Shown here: in pieces, positions 30,200 through 40,700 of the stretch
Numbering within the stretch: position 1 is the stretch's first letter
Layout of the letters: each line of letters begins with the position of its first letter
Assembly: GCA_946965045.2 (NCBI GenBank)
Contig: OX337232.1
Span: forward strand, 3,782,001 to 3,846,000
Direction: 5' to 3'
DNA: 64,000 bases
DNA from: Epithemia pelagica
Taxonomy: Eukaryota > Protista > Bacillariophyta
The notes under the pieces: model-generated
Told to the model about the DNA's origin: nothing
Database searches by the model: none
What the model saw: the letters and a program-made list of their open reading frames with translations, nothing else
Made by a program: the position numbers and the translations under genes

Positions 30200-31477
30200 A
30201 TGAAGAACCCAATCGAATCTCGCCCTCTAGTTGAAGACGTGGTGGGCGACACAAATCTTGAGGTGTTCTTTGTTGATATTGGTGGCATCGTGGCGTGTTA
30301 TTCGCACGAAGGAAAGCTCATCTGGAGCCGGGATATTCTAAGCTCACTAGGCTTTGGTAAATCCATAACTGGAGCCAGCCCTATGTCCCTTGGAGACGTT
30401 GATGGTGACGGATACCTTGATCTTGTAATGACGGTGGAAGTTAACAGTCGATGGCTGGTTCTTGCGTTTCAGGCAGCAAGCGGCAATGACTTAAAAAACT
30501 TTCCAATTGAGCTTGAAAAGCTACGGAAGGCCGGAAAATTCAAGAACAGGGAGAGTGATGAAAAGAAAGAACGCACACGCCTAGCGCAACCCTTGTTGGT
30601 GGATCTTCATGCCGACCAACATTATATTCTCGATTACATTCGGCGTGGTTCCCAAGCTTTCAGACGAGAAGTCGACATCGCACCAAGCGAATACACGCAA
30701 GGAGGGTCTTCTGCTGGGATCCACATCGTGCAACCTCTGGAAAAGCAATTGTACATTGTAGAGGGTGGATCTGGTTGTACACAAAAGGTTGTGATAGGTG
30801 AAGAAATAGGCACCATGGTTGAAGTTGATGACATCCACGGAACGAACCATTTGGACCTTCTTGTTGCTACCAAGGAGGGAAATATTGTAACACTTGAATC
30901 GTCTGCGAACTATCATCCGCTTAACACGTGGACCGGGGGAGATGTACGAGGGAAAAACTCTCATACTCATGGGTACAGCGCATCACAAGGCATATTCGTC
31001 CACGAGGTTAGTCGACAGTACAAAGACATATTTGGTGTCTATGTCCCAGTCACTTTCGAAGTATTCGACAACCGTCCAAACATCGATCAGGAACTGGGGA
31101 AACGGATATACAAAATTGAAGTTCGAGTTGGGTCGTCCTCACAACGGACTCTTCATAGAGTTGAAGTCCAGCAACCTGGAGTGTACACGGAGCGCATTTA
31201 TGTTCGATTCGGCCCGGGGTATTATAATCTCTGTGTTCTTATGAGTACCTCTCATGGCATTACGTACGAGGACTGCTTTGCGACAGGATACAACGTACAT
31301 TTTATGGCTGGATTTGGAGTAATGCTGTGGCTTCCACTGTTGGTTTCTTTTGTCACAATTCTGTTGTGCAGTGTCAGTAAGAAGGGGAATTGGGACGACG
31401 AAGACGGTGCCGAGGACGAACAAGAGAGCCGTGACAACCGCAGTCTTGGCATCTTGGGTAGAGCACTTCCTACCTAA
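30200..31477 (+). CDS. DEX1-like FG-GAP membrane protein, C-terminal half only (possibly truncated or a pseudogene)
   Basis: FG-GAP-like repeats (DVVGDTNLEV, GDVDGDGYLDLV, DDIHGTNHLDLLV) and a C-terminal TM (LWLPLLVSFVTILL). No signal peptide and no room upstream for the N-terminal half. Confidence 0.6.
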   Translation: MKNPIESRPLVEDVVGDTNLEVFFVDIGGIVACYSHEGKLIWSRDILSSLGFGKSITGASPMSLGDVDGDGYLDLVMTVEVNSRWLVLAFQAASGNDLKNFPIELEKLRKAGKFKNRESDEKKERTRLAQPLLVDLHADQHYILDYIRRGSQAFRREVDIAPSEYTQGGSSAGIHIVQPLEKQLYIVEGGSGCTQKVVIGEEIGTMVEVDDIHGTNHLDLLVATKEGNIVTLESSANYHPLNTWTGGDVRGKNSHTHGYSASQGIFVHEVSRQYKDIFGVYVPVTFEVFDNRPNIDQELGKRIYKIEVRVGSSSQRTLHRVEVQQPGVYTERIYVRFGPGYYNLCVLMSTSHGITYEDCFATGYNVHFMAGFGVMLWLPLLVSFVTILLCSVSKKGNWDDEDGAEDEQESRDNRSLGILGRALPT

Positions 31478-31609
31478 TTTCGTCCTACTTTAGTCATGTC
31501 ATTGAATGTGATGTCTAGAGAGCTATCCTACCCTTGAGATCTTGGGTAGAGCATACTTCCTGTCATCCAGATCAGAATGTGACGTCTAGAGAGTTATCCT
31601 ACCCTTGAG
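31451..31609. repeat. Imperfect tandem duplication (88 + 71 bp) spanning the 3' ends of two convergent genes
   Basis: Both units begin ATCTTGGGTAGAGCA(TA)CTTCCT and end GAATGTGA(T/C)GTCTAGAGAG(C/T)TATCCTACCCTTGAG. Confidence 0.85.
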
Positions 31610-34600
31610 CTTCGCGGTGTTCGACAGCTCTACTCTTTGTGCCTTACCTTTTTCAACGAGATCAGGTAAGCTATTTGACCGAGCAGATACAGTACCAGAC
31701 TGGCGCCAGAGAGTGATGTGCGTAAACTTGTTGAACGAAGCCGGTAGAGACGTGCCTTCATCGGTAGTTTTCGGAAGTTCCACCTCCAATGCAGCGGTTT
31801 TCCCATCCCATAGAACTGCACGAACTATGACTTCTGCTCCATGGCCTTCGACTTCTCCATACTTGAGTCGCATCTCGTCCTGCGAAGCGCTTACTTTGTG
31901 AACCAATGTCACGTGAGTTTTCAAGACGAACTTTTTGTCCGCGCAAAGACTTCCAACTAGGACATCATTGGCAGAATTTTTTCCTGTGATTTTTTTCCAT
32001 AAACTTTCTAGTCTCCTGTCATCGACATTCTTGAGTAGAAGATTGTGGACATCGTCGACGGATACGTCAACTGAAACGTAGTCAATCATTCTGGTAGCTT
32101 TCTTTTTCAGGTCTTCTTGGAATAGTTTGTCGTCGACATGATCAAAGATTTCACCTTGATCAGCTAGTTCCACCACTTTCTTCACCTTGTCCAGAAAAGC
32201 CTGCTGGGACACTTCCACACCAACTGTCAAGGAATTCAAATACGTTTGGTTTTCCTCCAGAGAAGTCCGTAGCCTTGACTCAAGATCGTCGAGATACTCA
32301 TCTTTTTCTTTTCCCACATCTTTGAAGCCATTTCGAGCTTGAATGGCTTCGACAAGGATATTCTTCAAATCAGTAGGAATGTCGACTTCATCGGATCGGA
32401 AGAAAGGACTCTCGAAGAAAGGAATCTCAATTGGCTCTCGAGCGATAAATGCTCCAGCATTTTCGAACTTCGCAGATAGAGAAGCCAAGAATTCATCAGC
32501 TGTTTCTCTTTCGTACAAGCAATAAAACATGACGACGATCATGCAAGCACGTTTATGCGACTGGTCCAGCTTTCCTGGGTGTGAATTGGGCGGTCGGGAC
32601 ATTACTCGGAGCATACATACGGCCAGATAAGTCAGACTGAAGGGGTATCGGTACGTCCTGTCCATACAGATCTCACCATCTCTCTTTCGGAAACCTTGAA
32701 CTACCGTAGTAGACAGTGCATGCTCCGGTATTGCTGGGACACCCACCGACGACGTGTCGGCGCATATCCCGGAAAGTGCATCCCAAGTGCCCGACGGCAC
32801 GTTCTTATCGGCTATGTAGAGACTTGAAATGTCTTGGCGTTTTTCCTTTGTCACTACTTGCCAGTATTTTCCTGGTGTCTTGTCACCCATTCTTACTTTG
32901 AGGTTTCTCCTGGGCTCTGTTCTCTTAGATAAAAACTCGTGTAGATTCAGCTCCGCCGATTCATCTATGAGACTCGACTTTCCGCATCCAGGAATCTGAG
33001 GGAAGAATACAAGTATCCCTATTGCAGAAGCAATGTCGTCCAGGTCATCGGTTTTCGAAAATTGCATTATGGGTTTGAGCAAAGTCTCGGTATCTTTCTT
33101 GGAATCTTCGTCTATCTCCATCGCATCGTTACTTGGAATCGCAGCCAAAGGCAAGTCGACTTTCACAGAGGCCGCATTCTTCCTCCATCCATTCAGACGA
33201 TTGAAAACGTTGTCCACCTTGTCCTCTCCGACAACTGATAAAATTTCATCCCATTCACAACCATAGTAGACAATGGCAGTTTTATCGTCAAGACGACCTT
33301 TCAGGATATTTCGGTATCGACCAGAAGAGTCTTCTAAGCAAACGGAACATACCGCTCCTTCCGTGGTCCCATTAGGAACTGCACTCAGTCCATCATAACG
33401 AATTTTACATCCCACTTGTTTGGCAACATAATCAGCCGCAGTTTTGGCAGTGTCTTCATCAGGTCCTACTACCACCACAAATCCATTGAAGGAGTCTCCC
33501 GATCGCTCGATTTTACCAGCGTCGTACAGCTCGATGAATTGTTCCAAATGCTCGAGGTAGTTGTCCTGACTCAAGGGTTGCAGTCCTGCGTCTCGTCTTC
33601 GTGAGTACTTCGACAACCGTGGCGCTGCATAGTCTGCCCACGCTCGGAAGAATGGCATCCATGTTTTGCGTGCTTCGGACGACATTTTCCACTTGGTTAA
33701 CAGATTGCTCGTGTATTTGACAAACCCCTCACTCCCTCCTTGTTTCAAGTGTTTGAGTCCGTTGCGACATCCAAAGGTTCGCACCATATACAGCAAAAAT
33801 TTCATTTTCAACATGAGACCTTTCTCTTCATCCAAGTCGGACATGAATGTTGTTTGATTGTGAGACAATTCGTTTGCGGAGAATTCGTCATCCGCGGAGA
33901 GTTCCAATGCAAATCCTCGAAAGAGGGCCATATCACCAGGACGCACACTTTTGCGATATTTCGAATGGGCATGGTCCAAAATTACATGAATGATACAGAG
34001 CCATCTCGAGAAGCCATAATTTGTTATTTCTTCCCGTACAATCGAATAATCAACACGGATATTCAGTCGATCCAAGTCCTCAATGACTTGAGCAATCCGT
34101 CGAGTCTCGACATCGTCGGAATCCCGCAATTTCCGAAGGACGGATGCCACATGTTTGGTTGCCGATTGGGACATTCGTACACCAATGCGGCGGTCCGGTG
34201 TCTCCAAGAGCTGTTTTACTTTGGATGCAAAAGAATTAGGCGCCTCGTCGTTAGTCGCGGATCTCATTTGAGCAAAAATGGTTCGAAGGTCGGTCGACAA
34301 GCATTTTGGCAACTTATTTTCGTAGTGACCTGCTGTAATCAACTCAAAACAATCGGGTAAACTGGATGGAATCTTTTTTGAACACAGATCGTCTGCGACC
34401 CTCGCCAAGGACGGCATGTCGCGATTGATCTCATTCTCATCCATAGGTTCCTTGCTGTTTTCGGGATGGGGGACGTATCGAATGACAATTCCTTCCAGGA
34501 TATCGCCCTGGAATTCGGTATGAGGATAGAGACTTCGCACTCGTGTTTCCGCTGCCTTTGTCAAGGTGTGTTCGACAAAGGAAGCCAAACTGGTTTCACG

Positions 34601-36361
34601 GCAATGGTCGTAAAACTCAAACAATGCCTTGGTGCTTTTGGGAGACGTGAACTGCCAAAAATCATTGTGCGGCAATCGAAACCGTTGCGCCAAGGCGACG
34701 ACTTGTGCCGTCGAGTAAAATTGTTCCCGAGTTCTATCGGCCACAGCGGTCAAGATTAAAAAGTCACGCTTTGGCTTGTCGCCATGATCACCCAAGACAG
34801 CCGTCACTACCTCAAAGGCCAAGGTCAATCGTTGCGACTCGACAAAGTCACTGCATTCGTGATAGTGTGCTTCAGCTTGCCAGTCAAGTTTCATGTTCGT
34901 ATCCCCTTCCGTGTCTTTGCTGTCGTCCTGATCATTCCAAAATGCTCGAATAAAGTGTTGTCGAAGCAGAATTTCTCCCACATGGGTGAACTTATTGTCC
35001 ATGGAATTCTTACTGTAGTAGCGCTGTCCTCCACTCCACAACAAGAGGGATCCAGAGTGTTTCAAACTAACTTCCAAATACCCGTCTCCCTGTTGAACTT
35101 TTTCTTGCATGGCCATTCGAATCTTTTTGTCTCCTTCATTGTCAAATTTGGGATGAAAGATGGCCTCCAACCGAATTCGTGTGGTGTCGGCCAAGGTTGG
35201 TGGGGATGCTGTCGCTACTCTAGCCGCGTGAGATTCTTGGGTTTCGTTATTCCCATTGCCAGTCATTGTTTTAATGCTTCGTTTGGCATGTGATACCAAT
35301 TGGTCCATGCTTCGCTTGCGCGAAGATCCACTGGACAAGGAAGCAGAAGATGTTGTGGTTTCTTTCTCATCCTTTCCAGTGTTGGTGAAAGTTTCACAAT
35401 CAATGGATTGTGCCTCGAGTTGTTCTCGTACTTCGCTCGTTTGCCGAGAAATGGATACTGTCCCATCGCTGGGTGCTTCTGCCATGTCCTGATTGGCATC
35501 TTCTTCTTGCTGATATCGTTCCATGGCTTGTTGGGCCAATTGTCGACGAATATTTCGTGCGGCTTGATTGCGATTTTGAATGTCCATTTGGTGTAGTTGC
35601 TCTTCTTCCAACCGATGCATGGTTTGACGCGCCGTTTGAATAGCCTGCCACGTCTCGGGATCAATGGACGTTGTCGACGTTTCACCCGATTGAAAGATGC
35701 GATCAATGCGTGATTTGCGATCCCACAAGATATCATCCGCCTGCACTGCAGGCAGAGATGCAGTAGTAGTAGTTGGTCCAACTTGCCGTCGAAAGTATTG
35801 AATGCGATGTTCTGGAATGTCTCCTTCTCCTGCAGAATTGTCTCCCACACGGACAAAATCAGACACAAAAGTCTCCATTGGTCCATGAATGCGATCGTCG
35901 TACCCGATAATGATTTGATTGGGATCGTACATGGTCGAATCGTATTTCAAGCGATTCAATACATCGTGCGATGTTCGCAAGGAGGGGCGTGACTCTGATT
36001 CGTCATCCTCGGCATGCCGTCGTGCGTGGTGCTTTTTCTTGGTGGACGACGCCTTTTTCTTTCGAGGATTTGGTGACATGGAGGACCTGAATGACTCTTG
36101 CGCAAACAACAAAAGAGGGAAATTGGAAAATTGGCGTCCAACAACAGAGGAGCGAGGGAAACCGGAATGAGTAAGGGACCCCAAAGACGGTTTCCTAGTA
36201 GATAATGAGAAGGGAACCAAAGTCAGGGTATCCACAGCCTTGGTCAGTCTATGGGACTTGGAAACCAACGAACGCGAAGGACCACTACGAATAAAGGCAG
36301 ACGTTTGTGCAGCAGTAGTGAGGAAGGAAACCTTCACCCACGTGAGGATGGCCGCTCTCAT
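31586..36361 (-). CDS. Plant-type (RNL/Trl1-like) tRNA ligase: ligase-kinase-2H cyclic phosphodiesterase, with an N-terminal MJ1316 domain and putative bipartite plastid-targeting peptide
   Basis: Ligase motifs EVSLKHSGSL, YSKNS, FEVVTAVLGDHG, QGDILEG. P-loop FFPQIPGCGKS with ADKNVP. 2H motifs HVTL and HITL. MJ1316-like DVLNRLKYD...IIIGYDDR...DIPEHRIQYF...LWDRKSRIDRI. N-terminus MRAAILTWVKVSFLTTAAQTSAF followed by an S/R-rich segment. Confidence 0.85.
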   Translation of the reverse strand: MRAAILTWVKVSFLTTAAQTSAFIRSGPSRSLVSKSHRLTKAVDTLTLVPFSLSTRKPSLGSLTHSGFPRSSVVGRQFSNFPLLLFAQESFRSSMSPNPRKKKASSTKKKHHARRHAEDDESESRPSLRTSHDVLNRLKYDSTMYDPNQIIIGYDDRIHGPMETFVSDFVRVGDNSAGEGDIPEHRIQYFRRQVGPTTTTASLPAVQADDILWDRKSRIDRIFQSGETSTTSIDPETWQAIQTARQTMHRLEEEQLHQMDIQNRNQAARNIRRQLAQQAMERYQQEEDANQDMAEAPSDGTVSISRQTSEVREQLEAQSIDCETFTNTGKDEKETTTSSASLSSGSSRKRSMDQLVSHAKRSIKTMTGNGNNETQESHAARVATASPPTLADTTRIRLEAIFHPKFDNEGDKKIRMAMQEKVQQGDGYLEVSLKHSGSLLLWSGGQRYYSKNSMDNKFTHVGEILLRQHFIRAFWNDQDDSKDTEGDTNMKLDWQAEAHYHECSDFVESQRLTLAFEVVTAVLGDHGDKPKRDFLILTAVADRTREQFYSTAQVVALAQRFRLPHNDFWQFTSPKSTKALFEFYDHCRETSLASFVEHTLTKAAETRVRSLYPHTEFQGDILEGIVIRYVPHPENSKEPMDENEINRDMPSLARVADDLCSKKIPSSLPDCFELITAGHYENKLPKCLSTDLRTIFAQMRSATNDEAPNSFASKVKQLLETPDRRIGVRMSQSATKHVASVLRKLRDSDDVETRRIAQVIEDLDRLNIRVDYSIVREEITNYGFSRWLCIIHVILDHAHSKYRKSVRPGDMALFRGFALELSADDEFSANELSHNQTTFMSDLDEEKGLMLKMKFLLYMVRTFGCRNGLKHLKQGGSEGFVKYTSNLLTKWKMSSEARKTWMPFFRAWADYAAPRLSKYSRRRDAGLQPLSQDNYLEHLEQFIELYDAGKIERSGDSFNGFVVVVGPDEDTAKTAADYVAKQVGCKIRYDGLSAVPNGTTEGAVCSVCLEDSSGRYRNILKGRLDDKTAIVYYGCEWDEILSVVGEDKVDNVFNRLNGWRKNAASVKVDLPLAAIPSNDAMEIDEDSKKDTETLLKPIMQFSKTDDLDDIASAIGILVFFPQIPGCGKSSLIDESAELNLHEFLSKRTEPRRNLKVRMGDKTPGKYWQVVTKEKRQDISSLYIADKNVPSGTWDALSGICADTSSVGVPAIPEHALSTTVVQGFRKRDGEICMDRTYRYPFSLTYLAVCMLRVMSRPPNSHPGKLDQSHKRACMIVVMFYCLYERETADEFLASLSAKFENAGAFIAREPIEIPFFESPFFRSDEVDIPTDLKNILVEAIQARNGFKDVGKEKDEYLDDLESRLRTSLEENQTYLNSLTVGVEVSQQAFLDKVKKVVELADQGEIFDHVDDKLFQEDLKKKATRMIDYVSVDVSVDDVHNLLLKNVDDRRLESLWKKITGKNSANDVLVGSLCADKKFVLKTHVTLVHKVSASQDEMRLKYGEVEGHGAEVIVRAVLWDGKTAALEVELPKTTDEGTSLPASFNKFTHITLWRQSGTVSARSNSLPDLVEKGKAQRVELSNTAKLKGRITL

Positions 36362-37794
36362 TTAATCCTCCTGGTTGTGTCTGGGCCTCAGACCTCAGAC
36401 CTGCACCACACTGGCCGGCAGTGCCCGAGAAATTGTGAGATCGATGTCGCGAAAGATAGATCTTCACTTTTTGCCATCTGTCACACGTCTGCCTTGGTCT
36501 TGCCGTCTGCTCACTTAAACCAAACCCGCGCGACTGCGCAATAAAAGCTCGAGCGTTAGACTTCAACAACTACCACGGATCACGGTGGCTTTACCCGATC
36601 GAAGTCTTCTCGCTGGGGATTCTAGGATCGCTATTTTTTTCATCCTGATTGACACCACCGTTGGGGGAACCTTCGATCTTCGATGCACAATACGAATACA
36701 AGATACCGTTTTTTGTTTTTTCTGTCTCTTTCATCATTACGGTAAAGCACCATGGAACACTGGAGAGATGGGCGTGGTTGTCATCGTCGACTTCGGTCCT
36801 GGGCCTCGAAATTAGCAAAGACGTAAATTAGTTGTAGTTGTAGTAAGGCTGTACTTTTGTGTCACCGTGATGATGAGGACAAGAGAGAAAACATGTACCC
36901 ACATGCCACATGTCGAAGGCACTCAATTTTCAATTTGGCCTTGAAAAGAACGACCAGAAAGGTGAAGAGCGATACCTCGCGATCGCGACGCACGAGAAAT
37001 TGTGAGGGTTACTCCAAGAAGATCCCGCTAATACCTAGTATCTTTCGTTGGTAGATTCATGATGTTTTCGTCCACAACACGCGAAAGCAAAAGAGAAAGA
37101 TAAGGAGTGAGGAACTTTCTCCAAGTCTACGATTCACGCACCTCCTACTAGTACTCGGAGACAAGAGTTGGAACGTTTGCTTTTGTGACAAACATCCGCT
37201 CGGCCGACTCCAATACTCGTACTATGTACTCTGGATTCGTGGTATTGTGTGTGTGTTGGACGGGCGGTCGAGTCGAGTCCTAGTAATACAATACCCCCAC
37301 GATGCTGTGACCTGTGACTCGTAGAATTAGTCTTAAGCCTATTCTAAGGGCAATACACCTCAGGGATGGCCAGCTTGGCTGTTTGGGGGTGGCCTGCTCA
37401 ACGGATACTTCCACGTACACGATTTGTTGGAAAAGTTCGGGAAGACGGAGCAAGTTCGCCACCGCGATGGCGGCAGTTCCATCCTTGTGAGATTGCCAAC
37501 CCAACAGACAGTTGCAGGTTCCCTTCTGTTGTCTTGTTTGTTGCTTGTGGCTTTTGTTGTTTGTTTGGTGAGTTTTGTGTAGTAAGGTTTCTGTTTCTAG
37601 TAGTATAGATAGAGGAACCCATGCCGACCAATGGAGAGAGGCTCTACCGTGTCGTTGGTTCGTGTCGTCGGTTCCCCGTGTGTCGTTGTCGCAACCGCAG
37701 TGTGGTTTCTCACACCTATACTACAATCGTCCTTCTGTTTTTGGTTCGTGTCAAACAGTAGCAGGACTCGAGACAAGCCAGCCAGCAAGGAACG

Positions 37795-40700
37795 ATGAAT
37801 GACGTGACGACGAACCAACAACAACAACAAAAGAATCCGGCAGCGACGGGGTTGCATCATCGGACGACGCGAGTACCACCCGCATCGTCGTCGTCCTCCC
37901 ACCAACCGCAACTACAACACCATGCGCAACCACAACCACCACAAGAAGAAAATCACCACTTCCAGCACAAAACGTCCGCAGCTCGACCACCGTGGTCTCC
38001 CTACCGTTTGTCGTCGTCTTCCAGTACGGTCCGACGACGTACCAACAACACCACACAATGGTCCAGAGTTTCCCATCCACAACAGGCACTGCAGTGGAGA
38101 AGGAGACTCATTCTGGCAGTGATGATTGCTTCGGCCAGTGTCGGACTTGTAGGAACCACATGGCTCCTCCTCCTGGGTGGAGGGTGGAACGAACCAACCA
38201 CGACAACAAGGACAAACTCGAACCACGCAATGGCACCACCACAGGGCCATGACGACGACGACCGGTCCTCCCCCTTCTTGTGGGTGGCACCATCTTCGTC
38301 GTCTTCTTCTTCTTCTTCTTCTTCTTCTTCCAGCCCGAAACTCCATCCGCATGTCTCTTCGTCGTCTTCTTCTTTGGTTTGGTCCAGTCCTCCGCACACG
38401 CCTCGTCGACCACCGGCCGTGGAGACTTGGTGGAAGAACCACAACGACACGAATCCTCATGAGACGGCAGATTTGGCGGCTGTTGGTGGGTATGACCTAA
38501 TGCCTCGAGTGGGAACGGAACGGGCAGGGCAATCACCACAACGACCCGTACCAGCCGATCTGGCAGCAGCTCCCCTGGAATCCTTGTGTGGCATGTATGC
38601 CCAACAAGCATCTCTCTTGTCGTCGTCGTCCTCCGAGTCGTCGTTTGCCGAGTGGTTGTCCTTTTCCGCCCACGGCGCCTTGCACACGTCCGAGGCCCGC
38701 ATCGCGCTCGTCCTGGCGTCGCGACACCCGGCCGACCTGCAAGTGGGCCTGTCCTTGGCCCAGGCTTTGCAGTCGCAGTGTCGGGCCGTGACCGTGACCC
38801 ATGTCGTCCTGCCTCCCGGCGTTGTCACGACGACCACCAGGGAGGACGACAGTAATGACAATGACGACGACGACTGGTTGGATGCGGGCCAGTGGCATTG
38901 GAGGTGGCGTCACGTATGGAGGGACTTGGTGCAGTCCTATTCCAACCACAACAAACAGACCAATCGCAAACTGGTGGGACCACGCGTCGTGTCCTTTGCC
39001 GAATGGACCCGACAAGCTTCCACTCATTATCATGATTCCCAGCGCATGGGGGAGGACACCAACCACAAGAACCAAAAGACCTTGACATCCTTGTGGAATG
39101 TCACGCATGTCGTGTACGTGGCACCTCGGGCGCCTCCTTCGTCTTCCAGGAAGGAGAATGCCTCGTTGTCGCAGTCATTGTCGAGTCGATTGCGGTTGGT
39201 CCATCTCACGTATACCTTGGTGGGATGGCATGCCTTGCATCAAATGATGTCCATGTCGTCGTCCCCAAGAAACCAAAACAACAAGAATGGAGTGCCGCCT
39301 TTTAAAGTCTTGTATCTGTCCTCCTCCAGTTCGGCTTCTTCTTCTCCAATGGATCCGACCCTGTGGCTGCCGCATCCGGCTCGTTCAAATTCATCATCTT
39401 CCTCTTGGATTCATGTCCACCTCCCACCCACCTTGTCGTGGACGGCTACTCAACCACAACAACAGCAACCACAACAAGAATTACTGCGGGGATGGCATGT
39501 CGTGGGGGCCTTGGTGGCGGCCCTCCAAGTATCCTCCTCGACGGGTCACTTGGTTTGGGATGTGTCGTCCTTGGCCTCCTTATCTACCCAGAATAACAAC
39601 CATAACAACACGAACGACCACCACAATGCCCGAGTGGCACGCTCCTTGGGAGGATGGACCGTACAGGGACCGTGCGAATGGTGTCCCACCACCCCCACAA
39701 AAACGACCACGAGTACGACAATGGACCGTTCTCCAGCGAATGCAAATCATAGTACGAGCAGCATGTCCGGGAACGAGGACCATCCGCTCGACCATGAGGG
39801 CGACCCGGATTCGTCGACCACGACGCCCTTTGCGCCTCGGCCTTCCTGTGCTTCGGAATGTGCGTCGTCGTCGTCGTCCTGTATCCCATCGCCCTGGCCT
39901 CTGGATTTGACGCGAGAATTGACGGCCGACTGTACCACCGTCTTGTATACGACCGTCAAACCGCCCTGGACGAATGCGCACCATCACGATGCACAAGAAG
40001 AACAACCCACGGCACATGTCGTGGCCTCCTTGTTGCGCGTCAAGGCGGAATATCCCACCTCCGAGGAAACCACTACCAACCACAATTCCTCGTCGTCGTC
40101 GTCGTCCACATCGGCCCCCATTTGCAACGTGGCCTTTGTCTCCCGGACCCAATCGCCCTTGGTCGAGTGGGTCTTGTCTCGCGTTCCCAATCAACAATTG
40201 GCCAACTTTGGAGTGCAGGCCACGGATTTGATCATGGGCAGTAGTGGCAGTAGTATTCACGAACAAACCTTGGACAAACTCAATGGCCGACTCTTGTATC
40301 GGGGATGGATTTTGGTATGGCCGGATTCTAAGGGACCACGTCCCTTGACTACTTTGGATTGGATGACGGTCAAACTCACACCGGGCCGATTCCTGTCCGA
40401 GTCGGTCCAACACGCCGTCTATGTGTCGGCCAATGGAGGCAGTCGTTCGTCTGCTTCCAAACATTCTCACCGCCATACGGACGGCACCACAACGACGACC
40501 CATAATACTACTGTGATCCCCAAAGCCACCGTCTTGACCTTGAAGCAAGTGCAATTGTTGGTGGACAAACTGTCGGCACCCGCACAAGAGTGGCAAGTGG
40601 TCCATCACAAATCCAAAAAAATTGTCGTGCCGCCCGAACCACCCCGTCGGGCCGTCTTGGTGGTGTCCCAATTGGCACCACCACACTCCACGACGACGAC

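Noticed and set aside
36400-37790. Intergenic region between the tRNA ligase and the 1253-aa gene
   Set aside because: Only short ORFs and no repeat or structure that I could support.
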